Origin: Microcoleus sp.
Lineage (GTDB): Bacteria; Cyanobacteriota; Cyanobacteriia; Cyanobacteriales; Microcoleaceae
DNA length: 64,000 nt
Direction of reading: 5' to 3'
NCBI GenBank assembly: GCA_052279835.1
Contig: CP181291.1
Location: 1,056,001 to 1,120,000, forward strand
Shown: in pieces, positions 1 to 10,400 of the stretch
Layout of the letters: each line of letters starts with the position of its first letter
Numbering within the stretch: position 1 is the first letter of the stretch
Notes under the pieces: model-generated
Database searches by the model: none
The model's input: the letters and a program-made list of their open reading frames with translations, nothing else
What the model was told of the DNA's origin: nothing
Program-made: the position numbers and the translations under genes

Positions 1-136
1 AGTCACCAGTGAATTGAGATGCTGTTTGGACAATTACTAAAATTAGAGAGAAGATTGCTAGAATTAGCAACCCATCTTGCCAAGTCCAAGTTGACCTTTC
101 TAAGGTTTTATTAGCTGGTGTTAGAGGTCTTGTCAT
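1..136 (-). CDS. ABC transporter permease, N-terminus only (runs off the window)
   Basis: ATG at 136 gives MTRPLTPANKTLERSTWTWQDGLLILAIFSLILVIVQTASQFTGD with a hydrophobic segment; directly downstream of the ABC ATPase gene. Confidence 0.65.
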   Translation of the reverse strand, partial: MTRPLTPANKTLERSTWTWQDGLLILAIFSLILVIVQTASQFTGD

Positions 137-140
137 AAGA

Positions 141-389
141 ATTGGTTAGTGGTTAGTGGTTGTTGGCTATTGGTTATTGGTTATTGGTTATTAGTTATTG
201 ATTATTAGTTATTAATTATTGGTTAGTTGTTATTGGTTATTTGTTAGTGGTTAGTTGTTATTGGTTATTTGTTAGTGGAGGCAGAGCCTCCGGGTATGTA
301 TTCCCAGGCAGAGCCTGGGAACAAGACTCATAAGACTCAAATATTAACTAATAACTAATAAATAACAACTAATAACTAATAACTAATAA
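141..389. repeat. Heptamer tandem repeats (TTAGTGG/TTATTGG and the complementary TAACTAA) around a REP-like hairpin
   Basis: Visible 7-mer arrays on both sides of ggaggcagagcctcc...cccaggcagagcctggg. Confidence 0.8.
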
Positions 390-1724
390 CTACTCACCTT
401 TCTCTTCCGATTCTAAGAAAATTTCGCCTCCCGGTTCGTCATAACTATACAACTCAGCATACCGACCCCAGTCAATAGCAGTTTGCAATTGGCGCATTGC
501 TTCTTTGGGGCTAAAGTGGGCTTCCAGAATATCCAAAATCAATTCTTCAGAAATGCGGTGATTGCGCTTGGACTGAAGCATTCGCGAAATCTGCTGTACT
601 AGGCGAATATTCCCCAGAATTTGGGTACGAACAATTTGTTTGCGCCGATCGATCCCACCAGCAATGAACTCCAAACCAACAGCAGTCAGGAAGAGGTCTC
701 CTTCTTGGATTGCTAGAAAATCCATTAGTTTTGCAGCTTCAACGATCGGCAAAATGTCGTCAACCTCTAACATTAATTCTTGACCAAGCCGATAGAGATC
801 TTTCTCTTTGCGGTCTTCTAATAGTTCTAAAAGACCTGCAACAGCGCCAATTCGTACTTGGGGGAGGGATTGGTATTTAGCACTTTGAGGGGGTTGAGGT
901 TGAGATAAAGTAGTGTCTGGCTGCGGGACTGTTTCGCAACTCAAATCGGGATTGGTCAGAATTTTGTAAACCTGGTCTACGATGGCTTGAAATTGCGGAG
1001 TTTTGCGATCGCGATAGTGCGGCAAAGGAACCGTCAACTCGGCGCGAATTCGCCCCGGATTGCGACCCAAAACTACAATCCGATCTGCTAATATTACTGC
1101 TTCCTCAATCCCGTGAGTCACGATTAATACTGCTTGAGTTGGAATCTTTTTTTCTAGCCACAAATCTAATAACTCAAACCTCAAGTTTTCTGCTGTTAGT
1201 ACATCTAAAGCTGAAAATGGTTCATCCATGCACAGTAATTCTGGTTCCACCGCCAAAGCTCTAGCAAATCCCACCCGCTGTCGCATACCACCAGAAAGTT
1301 CTTTCGGATAAGCATTTTCAAATCCGTCCAAACCGATAATATCAATCATTCGCAAAGCTTTTTGTCTGCGAGGTTCTGGCAACTCTCCTTTAGCTTTTAA
1401 GCCTAATTCTACATTTTCTAGTACCGTCAGCCAGGGATAAAGGGCAAAGTTTTGAAAGACAATTGCTATCCCTGGATTTAATCCGACCAAAGGACGCTTG
1501 TGGTAAAGAACTTGACCTGCACTCGGCGGTATCAGTCCGGCAATCATCCGCATTAATGTTGATTTCCCAGAACCAGATGGGCCGAGAAGGGCTACTATTT
1601 CCCCCGATCGCAATTCTAAATCAATTGGCTCTAAAATTGAGATTTGTTGACCGTTGGGTTGTTGGTAAACCTTGCTGACACCTTCTAAGGTAATGAGGCT
1701 TTCTGTTGCTATTTTAACTACCAC
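390..1724 (-). CDS. Nitrate/sulfonate/bicarbonate-family ABC transporter ATP-binding protein with C-terminal AAA-associated domain
   Basis: Walker A GPSGSGKS, signature LSGGMRQ, Walker B LCMDEPF, plus a C-terminal extension ending in DWGRYAELY. Confidence 0.9.
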   Translation of the reverse strand: MVVKIATESLITLEGVSKVYQQPNGQQISILEPIDLELRSGEIVALLGPSGSGKSTLMRMIAGLIPPSAGQVLYHKRPLVGLNPGIAIVFQNFALYPWLTVLENVELGLKAKGELPEPRRQKALRMIDIIGLDGFENAYPKELSGGMRQRVGFARALAVEPELLCMDEPFSALDVLTAENLRFELLDLWLEKKIPTQAVLIVTHGIEEAVILADRIVVLGRNPGRIRAELTVPLPHYRDRKTPQFQAIVDQVYKILTNPDLSCETVPQPDTTLSQPQPPQSAKYQSLPQVRIGAVAGLLELLEDRKEKDLYRLGQELMLEVDDILPIVEAAKLMDFLAIQEGDLFLTAVGLEFIAGGIDRRKQIVRTQILGNIRLVQQISRMLQSKRNHRISEELILDILEAHFSPKEAMRQLQTAIDWGRYAELYSYDEPGGEIFLESEEKGE

Positions 1725-1750
1725 AACTAAACCTCCTCTGTTTTGTTGAA

Positions 1751-1860
1751 ATTAGTCAGTAGTCATTAGTCAGTAGTTATTAGTCAGTAGTTATTAGTCA
1801 GTAGTTATTAGTTAGTAGTTATTAGTCAGTAGTTATTAGTCATTAGTCAGTAGTTATTAG
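1751..1860. repeat. 14-bp tandem repeat (ttagtcagtagtta)n
   Basis: Directly visible tandem array. Confidence 0.85.
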
Positions 1861-1933
1861 CCAAAACTCTCGAAAAATGACAATAGATACTTGTCCGCAG
1901 GCACGAGTCCGCGTTGAGCAGTTTTACAATTCC

Positions 1934-2062
1934 AGGACTTAGGCCACACCACCACAGACTGGGCAATGGTTCGACTGAGGGGGCGACGCAACGATCGCGC
2001 CTACCGCCACGGGGGGATTGCCGCTACATTCACACCATATACGGACACTGGGCGTAAGTCCT
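1934..2062. repeat. MITE/REP-like element with AGGACTTA(C)GC-type inverted ends
   Basis: Starts aggacttaggc and ends gcgtaagtcct; GC-rich hairpin-type interior; similar ends at 21280-21380. Confidence 0.55.
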
Positions 2063-2282
2063 AAATTTATTCTTGGGTTCCCATACCTATACCCCATAAA
2101 GTCATTTTTAGCAAGACCTGCTACCGGGAATGCGTATAATCTGTCAAATATCAATTAAAGCTGAAATGAGGAGCGATCGCACAAACCCGATTTTATCAAA
2201 AAACTGGATTTGTAAATTGGGCATTAATTTAATCAGTAGCCTACCCAATGGTCGATGATTGGGATTTGCGAGAGGATTTTAT

Positions 2283-2681
2283 CTATTTGCCCGATCGCGC
2301 TAGAATGATACCTAACTGAACTGCAATTACTCCTAGTATGGCACTGCCGGCCCAATAAAAAGTGGCGACGCTGTAAGATCGATCGCGCCACAAGATATTT
2401 GTCTCTAAACCGTAAGTAGAAAAAGTAGTATAAGCACCCAAAAAGCCCGTTGTTACCATTAACCGAAATTCTAGAGGAATCATCGCCCCTCGTTGAGATG
2501 CGAGGGTAATAAAAAATCCCATAGCCAAGCAACCAGTAATGTTAATCAAAAAAGTTGCGTAGGGAAAAGCAGTACCAAAACGACTGGCAAACCATAATGT
2601 GATATAATATCTACTCAAAGCGCCGGCGACTGCACCGAAACTAATGGCGATCGGAACTCGGAAATTAGGGTCTTGCAACAT
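2283..2681 (-). CDS. crcB: Fluoride efflux channel CrcB/FluC
   Basis: [22 protein letters not shown] and [14 protein letters not shown] motifs; start taken at MLQDPNF. Confidence 0.93.
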   Translation of the reverse strand: MLQDPNFRVPIAISFGAVAGALSRYYITLWFASRFGTAFPYATFLINITGCLAMGFFITLASQRGAMIPLEFRLMVTTGFLGAYTTFSTYGLETNILWRDRSYSVATFYWAGSAILGVIAVQLGIILARSGK

Positions 2682-2910
2682 AAAAATAAATGATAGTGGA
2701 CAGTTGACTGGGGACAGTTGACTGGGGACTGAGTACAAATCCCCAATCACCAATCATCAATCACTAATAGATATCATTATTCTGATTAGATGCTACAATG
2801 AATTCAGGCGCTACATATCCAAATTTAAGGCGAGCATTGATTCAGGCGCTACATATCCAAAATCTACCTGCGGGTTGTGGATTTTTTAGAAAACGTTTGC
2901 TAAGGAGGAG

Positions 2911-3507
2911 ATGATTCCTATGACAGAGCCAAATATGAACGAAGAAACAATCATAGATGTAACTCCCGAAACGACTGCGATCGTCAAAAAGGAGATGCCA
3001 AATGCTACAGAAGAAACGATCGCAGAAACGGCTGTATTATTTGAAGCAATTAAAAAACGCGCCGCAGCAGAGGTACAAGCAGCAGGCGATCTCACCCGTG
3101 AGGCTTACTTAAAAGCTGTGCACAAAGCCCAGTTAGCCCTCGCCAAAAATAAGACGATCGCCAAAGAAAGAATGACAGATGCAGTGGGGCTAATTCAAAA
3201 AGAAGCAGAGAAAAATTGGCTGGTGGTTGATGCGATCAAAACCCGCGCGCAATCACAGGTGCAAGGTGCAGGCGAAGTCAGTCGCGAGGCCTATTTGAAA
3301 GCGGTTCGCCAAGCGCGAGAAGCCGTAGAACAAAATAAGTTGATCGAACGCGATCGCATTGAACAAGCTGTTGACCAAATTCAGAAAGAAACTGAAAAAA
3401 ATTGGCACGTTGTGGTTGGGGAAATTGAGTCGATCGGCAGTCGCTTGACGGATGCGTCGAAATCTGCATTCCAGGCGCTAACCAAGTTTTTTGACAAGAA
3501 GCATTAA
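2911..3507 (+). CDS. Hypothetical alpha-helical protein with two internal repeats
   Basis: GGAG RBS; repeated AIKxRAxxxVQxAGxxxREAYLKAV motif. Confidence 0.8.
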   Translation: MIPMTEPNMNEETIIDVTPETTAIVKKEMPNATEETIAETAVLFEAIKKRAAAEVQAAGDLTREAYLKAVHKAQLALAKNKTIAKERMTDAVGLIQKEAEKNWLVVDAIKTRAQSQVQGAGEVSREAYLKAVRQAREAVEQNKLIERDRIEQAVDQIQKETEKNWHVVVGEIESIGSRLTDASKSAFQALTKFFDKKH

Positions 3508-3662
3508 ACTCATATTTTGCACCCTTTTAAGCAACAGGCAAGATCGCTGTTCGACAAAGATTGAATTTTCTTGTGGAACAGGCATCTTGCCTGTTCACAA
3601 AAGGTTTTGACACTAAGCGCTATAATCAGAAAGCCTTATTTTTAGTCCACAAACCCCCAACC

Positions 3663-5450
3663 ATGAGAACTTACTACTGCGGCGAACTGCGAAGCGAACA
3701 CATCGGAAAAACTGTAACCCTTTACGGATGGGTGGATCGCCGCCGCGATCATGGCGGGGTGATTTTTCTGGATTTGCGCGATCGATCGGGCTTAGTGCAA
3801 ATTGTCAGCGATCCCCAACGCACCCCCGATTCCTATCAAGCAGCAGATGCTTTGCGCAACGAATACGTAGTCAAAATTACCGGGCGAGTCACCAACCGCC
3901 CCGCAGATTCCCTCAACCCGAAATTAGCTACGGGTGAGGTAGAAATTTATGCAGACGAAATTGAATTGTTGAATGCGGTGCGCAAACAGTTACCGTTTCA
4001 GGTGGCGACGGCGGAAAATGAAAGCGTGCGGGAAGATTTGCGCCTCAAATATCGCTATTTGGACTTGCGGCGCGATCGCATGAGTCGCAATTTACAGCTT
4101 CGCCACCAAGTAGTCAAAGCCATGCGCCGTCACCTCGAAGATGTGGAAGGTTTCATGGAAATTGAAACACCGATTTTAACTCGCGCCACTCCCGAAGGTG
4201 CCAGAGATTATTTAGTTCCCAGCCGCGTCAATCCCGGTGAATGGTATGCTTTGCCGCAGTCGCCGCAGTTGTTCAAACAATTATTAATGGTGTCTGGTTT
4301 TGACAGATATTATCAGATTGCCCGCTGCTTCCGCGATGAAGATTTGCGCGCCGACAGACAGCCAGAATTTACACAATTGGACATGGAAATGAGTTTCATG
4401 TCTGTGGAAGAAGTGATCGAATTAAATGAAGGTTTAGTCTGCAATATTTTTCAAAGTGTGAAAGGCGTGGAATTACCTCGTCCTTTCCCGCGCTTGACTT
4501 ACGCAGAAGCGATGGATCGCTACGGTAGTGATAAACCGGATACTCGCTTCGGTATGGAATTAGTCGATGTTTCCGATTTGATGAAAGATTCGGGATTTAA
4601 GGTGTTTTCCGGTGCAATTGCTGCGGGCGGAATTGTGAAAATTTTGCCGATTCCGGGCGGGAATGATGCGATTTCTAACGTGCGAATTAAACCGGGTGGT
4701 GATTTGTTTAAGGAAGCCAGCGAAGCCGGTGCGAAGGGATTAGCTTATATCCGGGTGCGGGAGAATGGCGAAATTGATACGATCGGCGCAATTAAGGATA
4801 ATTTAACTGAAGCGCAAAAACAGGAATTGCTCGATCGCACCGGCGCACAACCAGGTCATTTGTTGTTATTCGCAGCCGCTGATGCAATCACTGTCAATAA
4901 GACTTTAGATAGATTGCGCTTGTTTGTCGGTAACGAATTGGGATTTATTGACAAAGACAAGATGAATTTGCTGTGGGTGACAGATTTCCCAATGTTTGAA
5001 TGGAACGCCGATGAGAAGCGTTTGGAAGCATTACATCACCCGTTTACGGCACCGCATCCTGACGATATTGCCGATTTGAAAACAGCGAGAGCTCAAGCTT
5101 ACGATTTGGTATTAAACGGTACAGAAATCGGTGGCGGTTCTCTGCGGATTTACCAGCGGGAAGTTCAGGAAAAGGTGTTTGAGGCGATCGGCTTATCCAC
5201 CGAAGAAGCTTACAATAAGTTTGGCTTTTTGTTGGATGCCTTTGAGTACGGAACACCTCCCCACGGCGGCATCGCCTACGGCTTGGATCGATTGGTAATG
5301 CTGTTAGCCGGCGAGGAATCGATTCGGGATGTCATGGCGTTTCCGAAGACGCAGCAAGCCGGGTGTTTGTTGACAAATGCGCCGTCTGGTGTGGATGAGA
5401 AGCAGTTGAAGGAGTTGCAAGTGCGATCGACTTATGTAGCCAAGTCATAG
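3663..5450 (+). CDS. aspS: Aspartate--tRNA ligase
   Basis: [10 protein letters not shown] start, [38 protein letters not shown] and [12 protein letters not shown] motifs. Confidence 0.97.
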   Translation: MRTYYCGELRSEHIGKTVTLYGWVDRRRDHGGVIFLDLRDRSGLVQIVSDPQRTPDSYQAADALRNEYVVKITGRVTNRPADSLNPKLATGEVEIYADEIELLNAVRKQLPFQVATAENESVREDLRLKYRYLDLRRDRMSRNLQLRHQVVKAMRRHLEDVEGFMEIETPILTRATPEGARDYLVPSRVNPGEWYALPQSPQLFKQLLMVSGFDRYYQIARCFRDEDLRADRQPEFTQLDMEMSFMSVEEVIELNEGLVCNIFQSVKGVELPRPFPRLTYAEAMDRYGSDKPDTRFGMELVDVSDLMKDSGFKVFSGAIAAGGIVKILPIPGGNDAISNVRIKPGGDLFKEASEAGAKGLAYIRVRENGEIDTIGAIKDNLTEAQKQELLDRTGAQPGHLLLFAAADAITVNKTLDRLRLFVGNELGFIDKDKMNLLWVTDFPMFEWNADEKRLEALHHPFTAPHPDDIADLKTARAQAYDLVLNGTEIGGGSLRIYQREVQEKVFEAIGLSTEEAYNKFGFLLDAFEYGTPPHGGIAYGLDRLVMLLAGEESIRDVMAFPKTQQAGCLLTNAPSGVDEKQLKELQVRSTYVAKS

Positions 5451-5488
5451 GTAGTAAAACAGCTTCAATGAATAGTGGATGGGTGGCG

Positions 5489-5552
5489 AGAAACCGGGTT
5501 TTTTCCAGAATACTCGTCACACCTCCCAGAAACTGCCAAAAACCCGGTTTCT
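5489..5552. repeat. Palindromic dispersed repeat AGAAACCGGGTTTTT...AAAAACCCGGTTTCT, copy 1
   Basis: About 15-bp inverted arms; further copies at 6892-6956 and 13814-13878, arm-swapped versions at 21291-21358 and 24971-25039. Confidence 0.85.
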
Positions 5553-5594
5553 TAGGTTTAGAAATCTTACAAGATATTTTAGCAGATAATATTG

Positions 5595-5792
5595 ATGGGT
5601 AGAAAACGCGATATTAAACAGGTTGATGCGATCGCTAGGGAGTTTAAGATGGGAGGTGAATTAAGGATTGCTTTTGGTTTATTCATTGAGGAAGAAAAGA
5701 AAAATGGTTATGGTGGAACTTTAAACCGTAGAGGCGATTTTACTTAGGTCGAAATCCGCCAGAAAGCAAAAGAGTTTTTAGAGGATATTTAA
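5595..5792 (+). pseudogene. Small 65-codon ORF interrupted by an in-frame TAG (toxin-tip-like)
   Basis: MGRKRDIKQVDAIAREF...NRRGDFT*VEIRQKAKEFLEDI*; TAG at 5745-5747; terminal TAA abuts the next ATG (TAAATG). Confidence 0.6.
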
Positions 5793-6326
5793 ATGGCTAT
5801 TCAAACATCTATTGCCAATCGGAAGCCAAATATCGAGCAAATTATTTCAGTCATTACTAAACCGATAATCGGAGAAATTTGTCATCAGGTTATATTTAGT
5901 TATGGGGATGAATTACGGCTAGATTTCGGTGAGATGTCTGCCTATACTCACCCAAAATTAGCACATCTATGCAAAGGTAGTTGGCAATTTGGCACGAGGG
6001 CAACACCTTGGGTTTTCAAGCAAGAATCTCGCATTTTAACTTCTTCCTTGCCAGTAGATATAGATGCAGAAATAGATGAGGTAGAAATAGATGCTGTCAA
6101 AAAAGTTGTGCACCAATTGGAAAATAAAGAATTGATTGATTTTGCGATCGATGCTGATAATATTAGTCTCACTCTAGTTTTTGAGGGAGATTATCAACTA
6201 ATTTTACAGCCAGATTTCCAAGATGATTCTGGACTTCCCTATTGGGAATTGTTCATGCCAACAGAGCAAGTTTTGACGGTTGGGCCTGGATTTTTTTGGG
6301 AATGTAAATCAATTCACGAAGGTTAA
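5793..6326 (+). CDS. Hypothetical protein, immunity-protein-like
   Basis: 177-aa acidic/aromatic ORF with GAGG RBS, abutting the upstream small ORF; function inferred from context only. Confidence 0.7.
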   Translation: MAIQTSIANRKPNIEQIISVITKPIIGEICHQVIFSYGDELRLDFGEMSAYTHPKLAHLCKGSWQFGTRATPWVFKQESRILTSSLPVDIDAEIDEVEIDAVKKVVHQLENKELIDFAIDADNISLTLVFEGDYQLILQPDFQDDSGLPYWELFMPTEQVLTVGPGFFWECKSIHEG

Positions 6327-6330
6327 ATGA

Positions 6331-6597
6331 TTACGGAAAGTATCTGTAAATTTCTTTCCGGTGCAGTATCCTGACAAAACAGACTATGCCATCATTAACT
6401 TTAATACCGATTCGGTAATCCCCGACTCTAATGCGATAGTAGTCTCCATCGCCTTTTAGTTTTTTAACATTGCTGACTTCATTTAATTTTTCTGCATTCT
6501 CAACTTCTTCTATCGCTTCCCGAATTCTTTCAAACAAATCGGCATCAAGAATCTTGAGCAAATCCTTTTCAAAGCTCTTTTTAAACTCAACATTCAT
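6331..6597 (-). CDS. Type II TA toxin, RelE/ParE family
   Basis: KKLKG...YYRIRVGDYRI...HRKEIYR motif, 88 aa. Confidence 0.9.
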   Translation of the reverse strand: MNVEFKKSFEKDLLKILDADLFERIREAIEEVENAEKLNEVSNVKKLKGDGDYYRIRVGDYRIGIKVNDGIVCFVRILHRKEIYRYFP

Positions 6598-6839
6598 GGT
6601 TGTCCCTTCAGAATTTTGAAGATTTGTTCGCGATTGACTGTTTCAGTATTTTCGCCTTCTTTGATAGCATTTTCCATGCCTATATCTTCTAGGGCTTCTG
6701 TAAAAACAGTTAATTTACTGTTTAATACTTCTTTTTCCAGTTCTTGACATAACTGCAATTTTTCTGGATAGGGCAGTTGTTTGACTAGGGCTAAAATTTG
6801 TTCAAAGTTTAGGGAAAGTTGATAGTTAGCTAGAGTCAT
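6594..6839 (-). CDS. Putative antitoxin, possibly chimeric
   Basis: 81 aa, ATGA overlap with the RelE gene, acidic C-terminus. Confidence 0.75.
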   Translation of the reverse strand: MTLANYQLSLNFEQILALVKQLPYPEKLQLCQELEKEVLNSKLTVFTEALEDIGMENAIKEGENTETVNREQIFKILKGQP

Positions 6840-6891
6840 TGTTCGTTATGTTGAGGGGTTGTTTATATTTTATCTCAAATCGCGGGAGGCC

Positions 6892-6956
6892 AGAAACCGG
6901 GTTTTTTCCAGAATACTTCGCCACACCTCGTAAAAACTGCGAAAAACCCGGTTTCT
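6892..6956. repeat. Palindromic dispersed repeat, copy 2
   Basis: Same arms and similar interior as 5489-5552. Confidence 0.85.
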
Positions 6957-6960
6957 TTGG

Positions 6961-7173
6961 TTAGCGTGAAGCAACAAGAGCTTGTTGGACTGGTTCAGAG
7001 AGTTCAATTGGCATAAAATAACGACTTGGGTATAAGTAATCTTCTCCTGATTCATCAATGACCCGAATCATTTGATGAGAATTGGCATAAGTGTCTGGCA
7101 AAACCTGATAAATTTTGCGGACTTCCAAGGAAGCTGAATACTCTTGATTATTGATGCAAACCACAAATTCCAT
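6961..7173 (-). CDS. Small hypothetical protein (VCINN...SLEVRKIY...RVIDESGEDYLYP type)
   Basis: 70-aa ORF that looks like a conserved small protein; lies among TA-like genes. Confidence 0.7.
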   Translation of the reverse strand: MEFVVCINNQEYSASLEVRKIYQVLPDTYANSHQMIRVIDESGEDYLYPSRYFMPIELSEPVQQALVASR

Positions 7174-7236
7174 AACCTTATACTCCAAAATATATTACTG
7201 AAAACCCTTTAAAAATATCGCTTTTACCTAAGTCTC

Positions 7237-7339
7237 GATCCCCCTAAATCCCCACCCCCCCCTAGCCCCCCCCAAGGGGGGAAGGGGGACTTTGATCGGG
7301 ATCTTGTCCCCCCCTTCTTAAGGGGGGCTAGGGGGGATC
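7237..7339. repeat. G/C-run REP-like palindrome
   Basis: gatccccctaaatcccc...aaggggggctaggggggatc inverted arms. Confidence 0.75.
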
Positions 7340-7456
7340 GAGGCTTAATCGTCCGACAGCAGACTGATACTAAGTTTGACGTGTTTGTTGACACCAATAG
7401 GCATTGCCGTGTCCTCAGTTGCTGACAGTCAACAGTCAACTCCCGACTATCATAAC

Positions 7457-10400
7457 TCAGGACTCTAAATGAACTCTTTTGAGCCAATTTACAACAGATT
7501 GAAGTAAATCGGGGTCATGGGGCGAGAAGGTTTGCAGGGGTGGGTGAGGCGTGTCGGTGATGAGACAGATTGTACCGTCGAAGCGGGTAAGCGCATTGAG
7601 GAAAGTAGGGCTCAAACCTTGGGTGGCGGGGGATGTGGGGCCTTCGTAAAAGATGAGGATCAGGTGTTTGTCGCTGTCGCGGCAGAGTTGATTCCAGTAG
7701 GATTTGAGTTGGGCGAGGGTTTCGGGTTCGCGGTTGGGGCGTTGGGGAAAGTTTTTGTCGAGGAATTGTCCGTAGATGTCGAGGGCGGGGTTATCGGAGT
7801 CGATGAATTTGCTGGTGTCGATGCAAATTAGCTGTAGGGATTCGATTAATTGTGTGTCTGCAAGTCTGGCATCAAGGATGTTGGGTAAATCTGCTAAATT
7901 GAGGCTTTGGGTGAAGGGGGTTGAACCGACTCCTGTTGTTTCTGGGACTTCTGGATGGGGTGTGGTGAGTTGATGGTGCCATGCTTGATAGAAAGTTGGG
8001 TAAGGCAGATTTTGGGCGCAGTTCCAGATGATTTCAAAGCTGTAATTGTAGAGGTTGGAATTGGTTTCATCGCTTGTATTGCACAAAAAGTGTTGCAAAG
8101 CAGAGACAACTGAAGGCATCTGTTCATTTTGCAGAATTTTATTCAAACTTTCAGTGACTTTCTCACGGTTATCATCATCATTAGTCATTGATAGAATTCT
8201 GATTAAAGCAGCAATTGCCTCTGGATTGCCTGGATCAATTTTACCCAAAATCTCAGCAACTCTCCAATAGATAAATCCATCATTAGTCGTTGAGAGAAGT
8301 TGGATTAAAGCAGCGATCGTCTCTGGGTTGCCTGTAGCAATTTCAACCAAACTGTTAGCAACTCTCCAACGGGTATCCTTATCATTAGTTGCCGATAGAA
8401 TGCCGATTAAAGCAGCGATCGCTTTTGGGTTGCCTGGGTCAATTTTACCCAAACTTTCAGCGACTCTCCAACGGGTATGCTCATCATTAGTTGCCGATAG
8501 AATGCCGATTAAAGCAGCGATCGCTTTTGGGTTGCCTGGGTCAATTTTACCCAAATTGAAAGCTACATAATCACGGATATTCTCATCATTAGTGGTTGAC
8601 AGAAGTTTGATTAAAGCAGCGATCGCTTTTGGGTTGCCTGGGTCAATTTTACCCAAACTTTTAGCGACTCTCCAACGGGTATGCTCATCATTAGTTGCCG
8701 ATAGAATGCCGATTAAAGCAGCGATCGCTTTTGGGTTGCCTGGGTCAATTTTACCCAAACTTTCAGCGACTCTCCAACGAGTATGCTCATCATTAGTTGC
8801 CGATAGAATGCCGATTAAAGCAGCGATCGCTTTTGGGTTGCCTGGGTCAATTTTACCCAAACTTTCAGCGACTATCTGATGAATACTCTCATCATTAGTG
8901 GTTGACAGAAGTTTGATTAAAGCAGCGATCACCTTTGGGTTGTGTGGATCAATTTTACCCAAACTGTTAGCGACTTCCCAACGGGTATCCTTATCATTAG
9001 TCGCTGACAAAATTTTAATTAAAGCAGCGATTACCTCTGATTTTTCTGTGCTAATTTCCGTCCAAAACCTAATTACATAAGCGTGGTAGCTCGCATAATT
9101 ATTTGCTGATAAAAATTCGATTAAAGCAGCGATTGCCTTTGGGTTTACTGTGCTAATTCTAGCCAAACTTTCAGCGACTCTCCGACGGGTATCCTCATCA
9201 TTAGTTTCGGATAAAATGCCTATTAAAGCAGCGATCACTTCTGGGTTTTCTGTGCCAATTAGACCAAAAATGGAAGCGGAAATCCGACGGGTATACTCAT
9301 GATTTTTTTTTGATAGATTGTTTATTAAAGCAGTAGCCACATATGGGTTTCCTGTGTCAATCTTACCCAAAATATAAGCAACATAAAAACGAATTTTTTC
9401 ATCATTAGTCCCTGACAGAATTGCGCTCAAAGTAGCGATCGCCTCTGGGTTGCCTGTCGCAATTTTACCCAAAATGTCAGCGGATGTCGAACGTGTAGAC
9501 TCATTAGTAGTCGCTGATAGGATTACGATTAAAGCAGCGATCGCCTCTGAGTTGCCTACGGCAATTTTACCCAAAATCTCAGCGACTGTCAAACGGGTAT
9601 ACCCATCATCAGTCGCTGAGAGAATTAAGATTAAAGCAGCGATCGCCTCTGAGTTACTTATGGCAATTTTAGCCAAAATCTGAGCGACTCTCCAAATGGT
9701 AAAAACACTATTAGTCGCTGATAGAAGTTGGATTAAAGCAGCGATCGCCTCTGGGTTGCCTGGGTCAATTTTACCCAAAATCTGAGCGACTCTCAGACGG
9801 TCATCCTCATATTCAGTAGCTTTCAGTAAATGAATGAGTTGGTTAACACCTATACGATAGTTAGTCTGTAAAAGTGCCGCTCTTGAATCCTTCGCAATTC
9901 GATAGAGAAATGTCTGCCACTCTTGTTTTTCAATGTTGAAATAACCGAAACCCCACCTAATGATTGTTGCTACTATTTCATCAGCCCGCGAACAATCTTT
10001 AAACTCAGCTATCCCCGCAGCAGCTAGAAAATATGCTTGATATTTATAAAAATCATTGCACCCACCCTTAAACTCTATCAATGCCTCAATAAACTCCTCC
10101 TTCTGATTCCGATTCACACCCTCTAGCCCCAACCACAGCAAAATCACCTGCTTCCACTGCGCTGCAAAAATCCGATATTCCTTCCCCACCACCGGAAAAT
10201 CAACATGATTCCGAGGTAAAAAATCATCCCAATCCTTCACCGCCAACGCCGCAAAATACTCCTGAAACGTCGCATGATAAAACCCATAAACAGATTCTTT
10301 CGGTTCATCAAAATCTGTGTCAACCCGATTCAACCATCCCAGAGATAACGCCAATGATAATAAAGAAGTTTCATCATTTCTCTCTCCCAAATACTCACTA

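Noticed and set aside
1880..2160. Riboswitch ahead of the ABC transporter operon
   Set aside because: The GC-rich structure is mostly explained by a dispersed repeat; no M-box or guanidine consensus was recognised.
2802..2861. Mini-CRISPR or fluoride riboswitch upstream of crcB
   Set aside because: Only two 22-bp repeats with a 16-bp spacer and no cas genes; the riboswitch consensus is not matched.
8330..9000. CRISPR-like or DGR-like repeat array
   Set aside because: The units are in-frame 93-bp coding repeats; there is no reverse transcriptase gene or template/variable repeat pair.
8055..9683. Plus-strand ORFs with IKAAIAFGLPGSILPK repeats
   Set aside because: Antisense shadows of the HEAT repeat gene.
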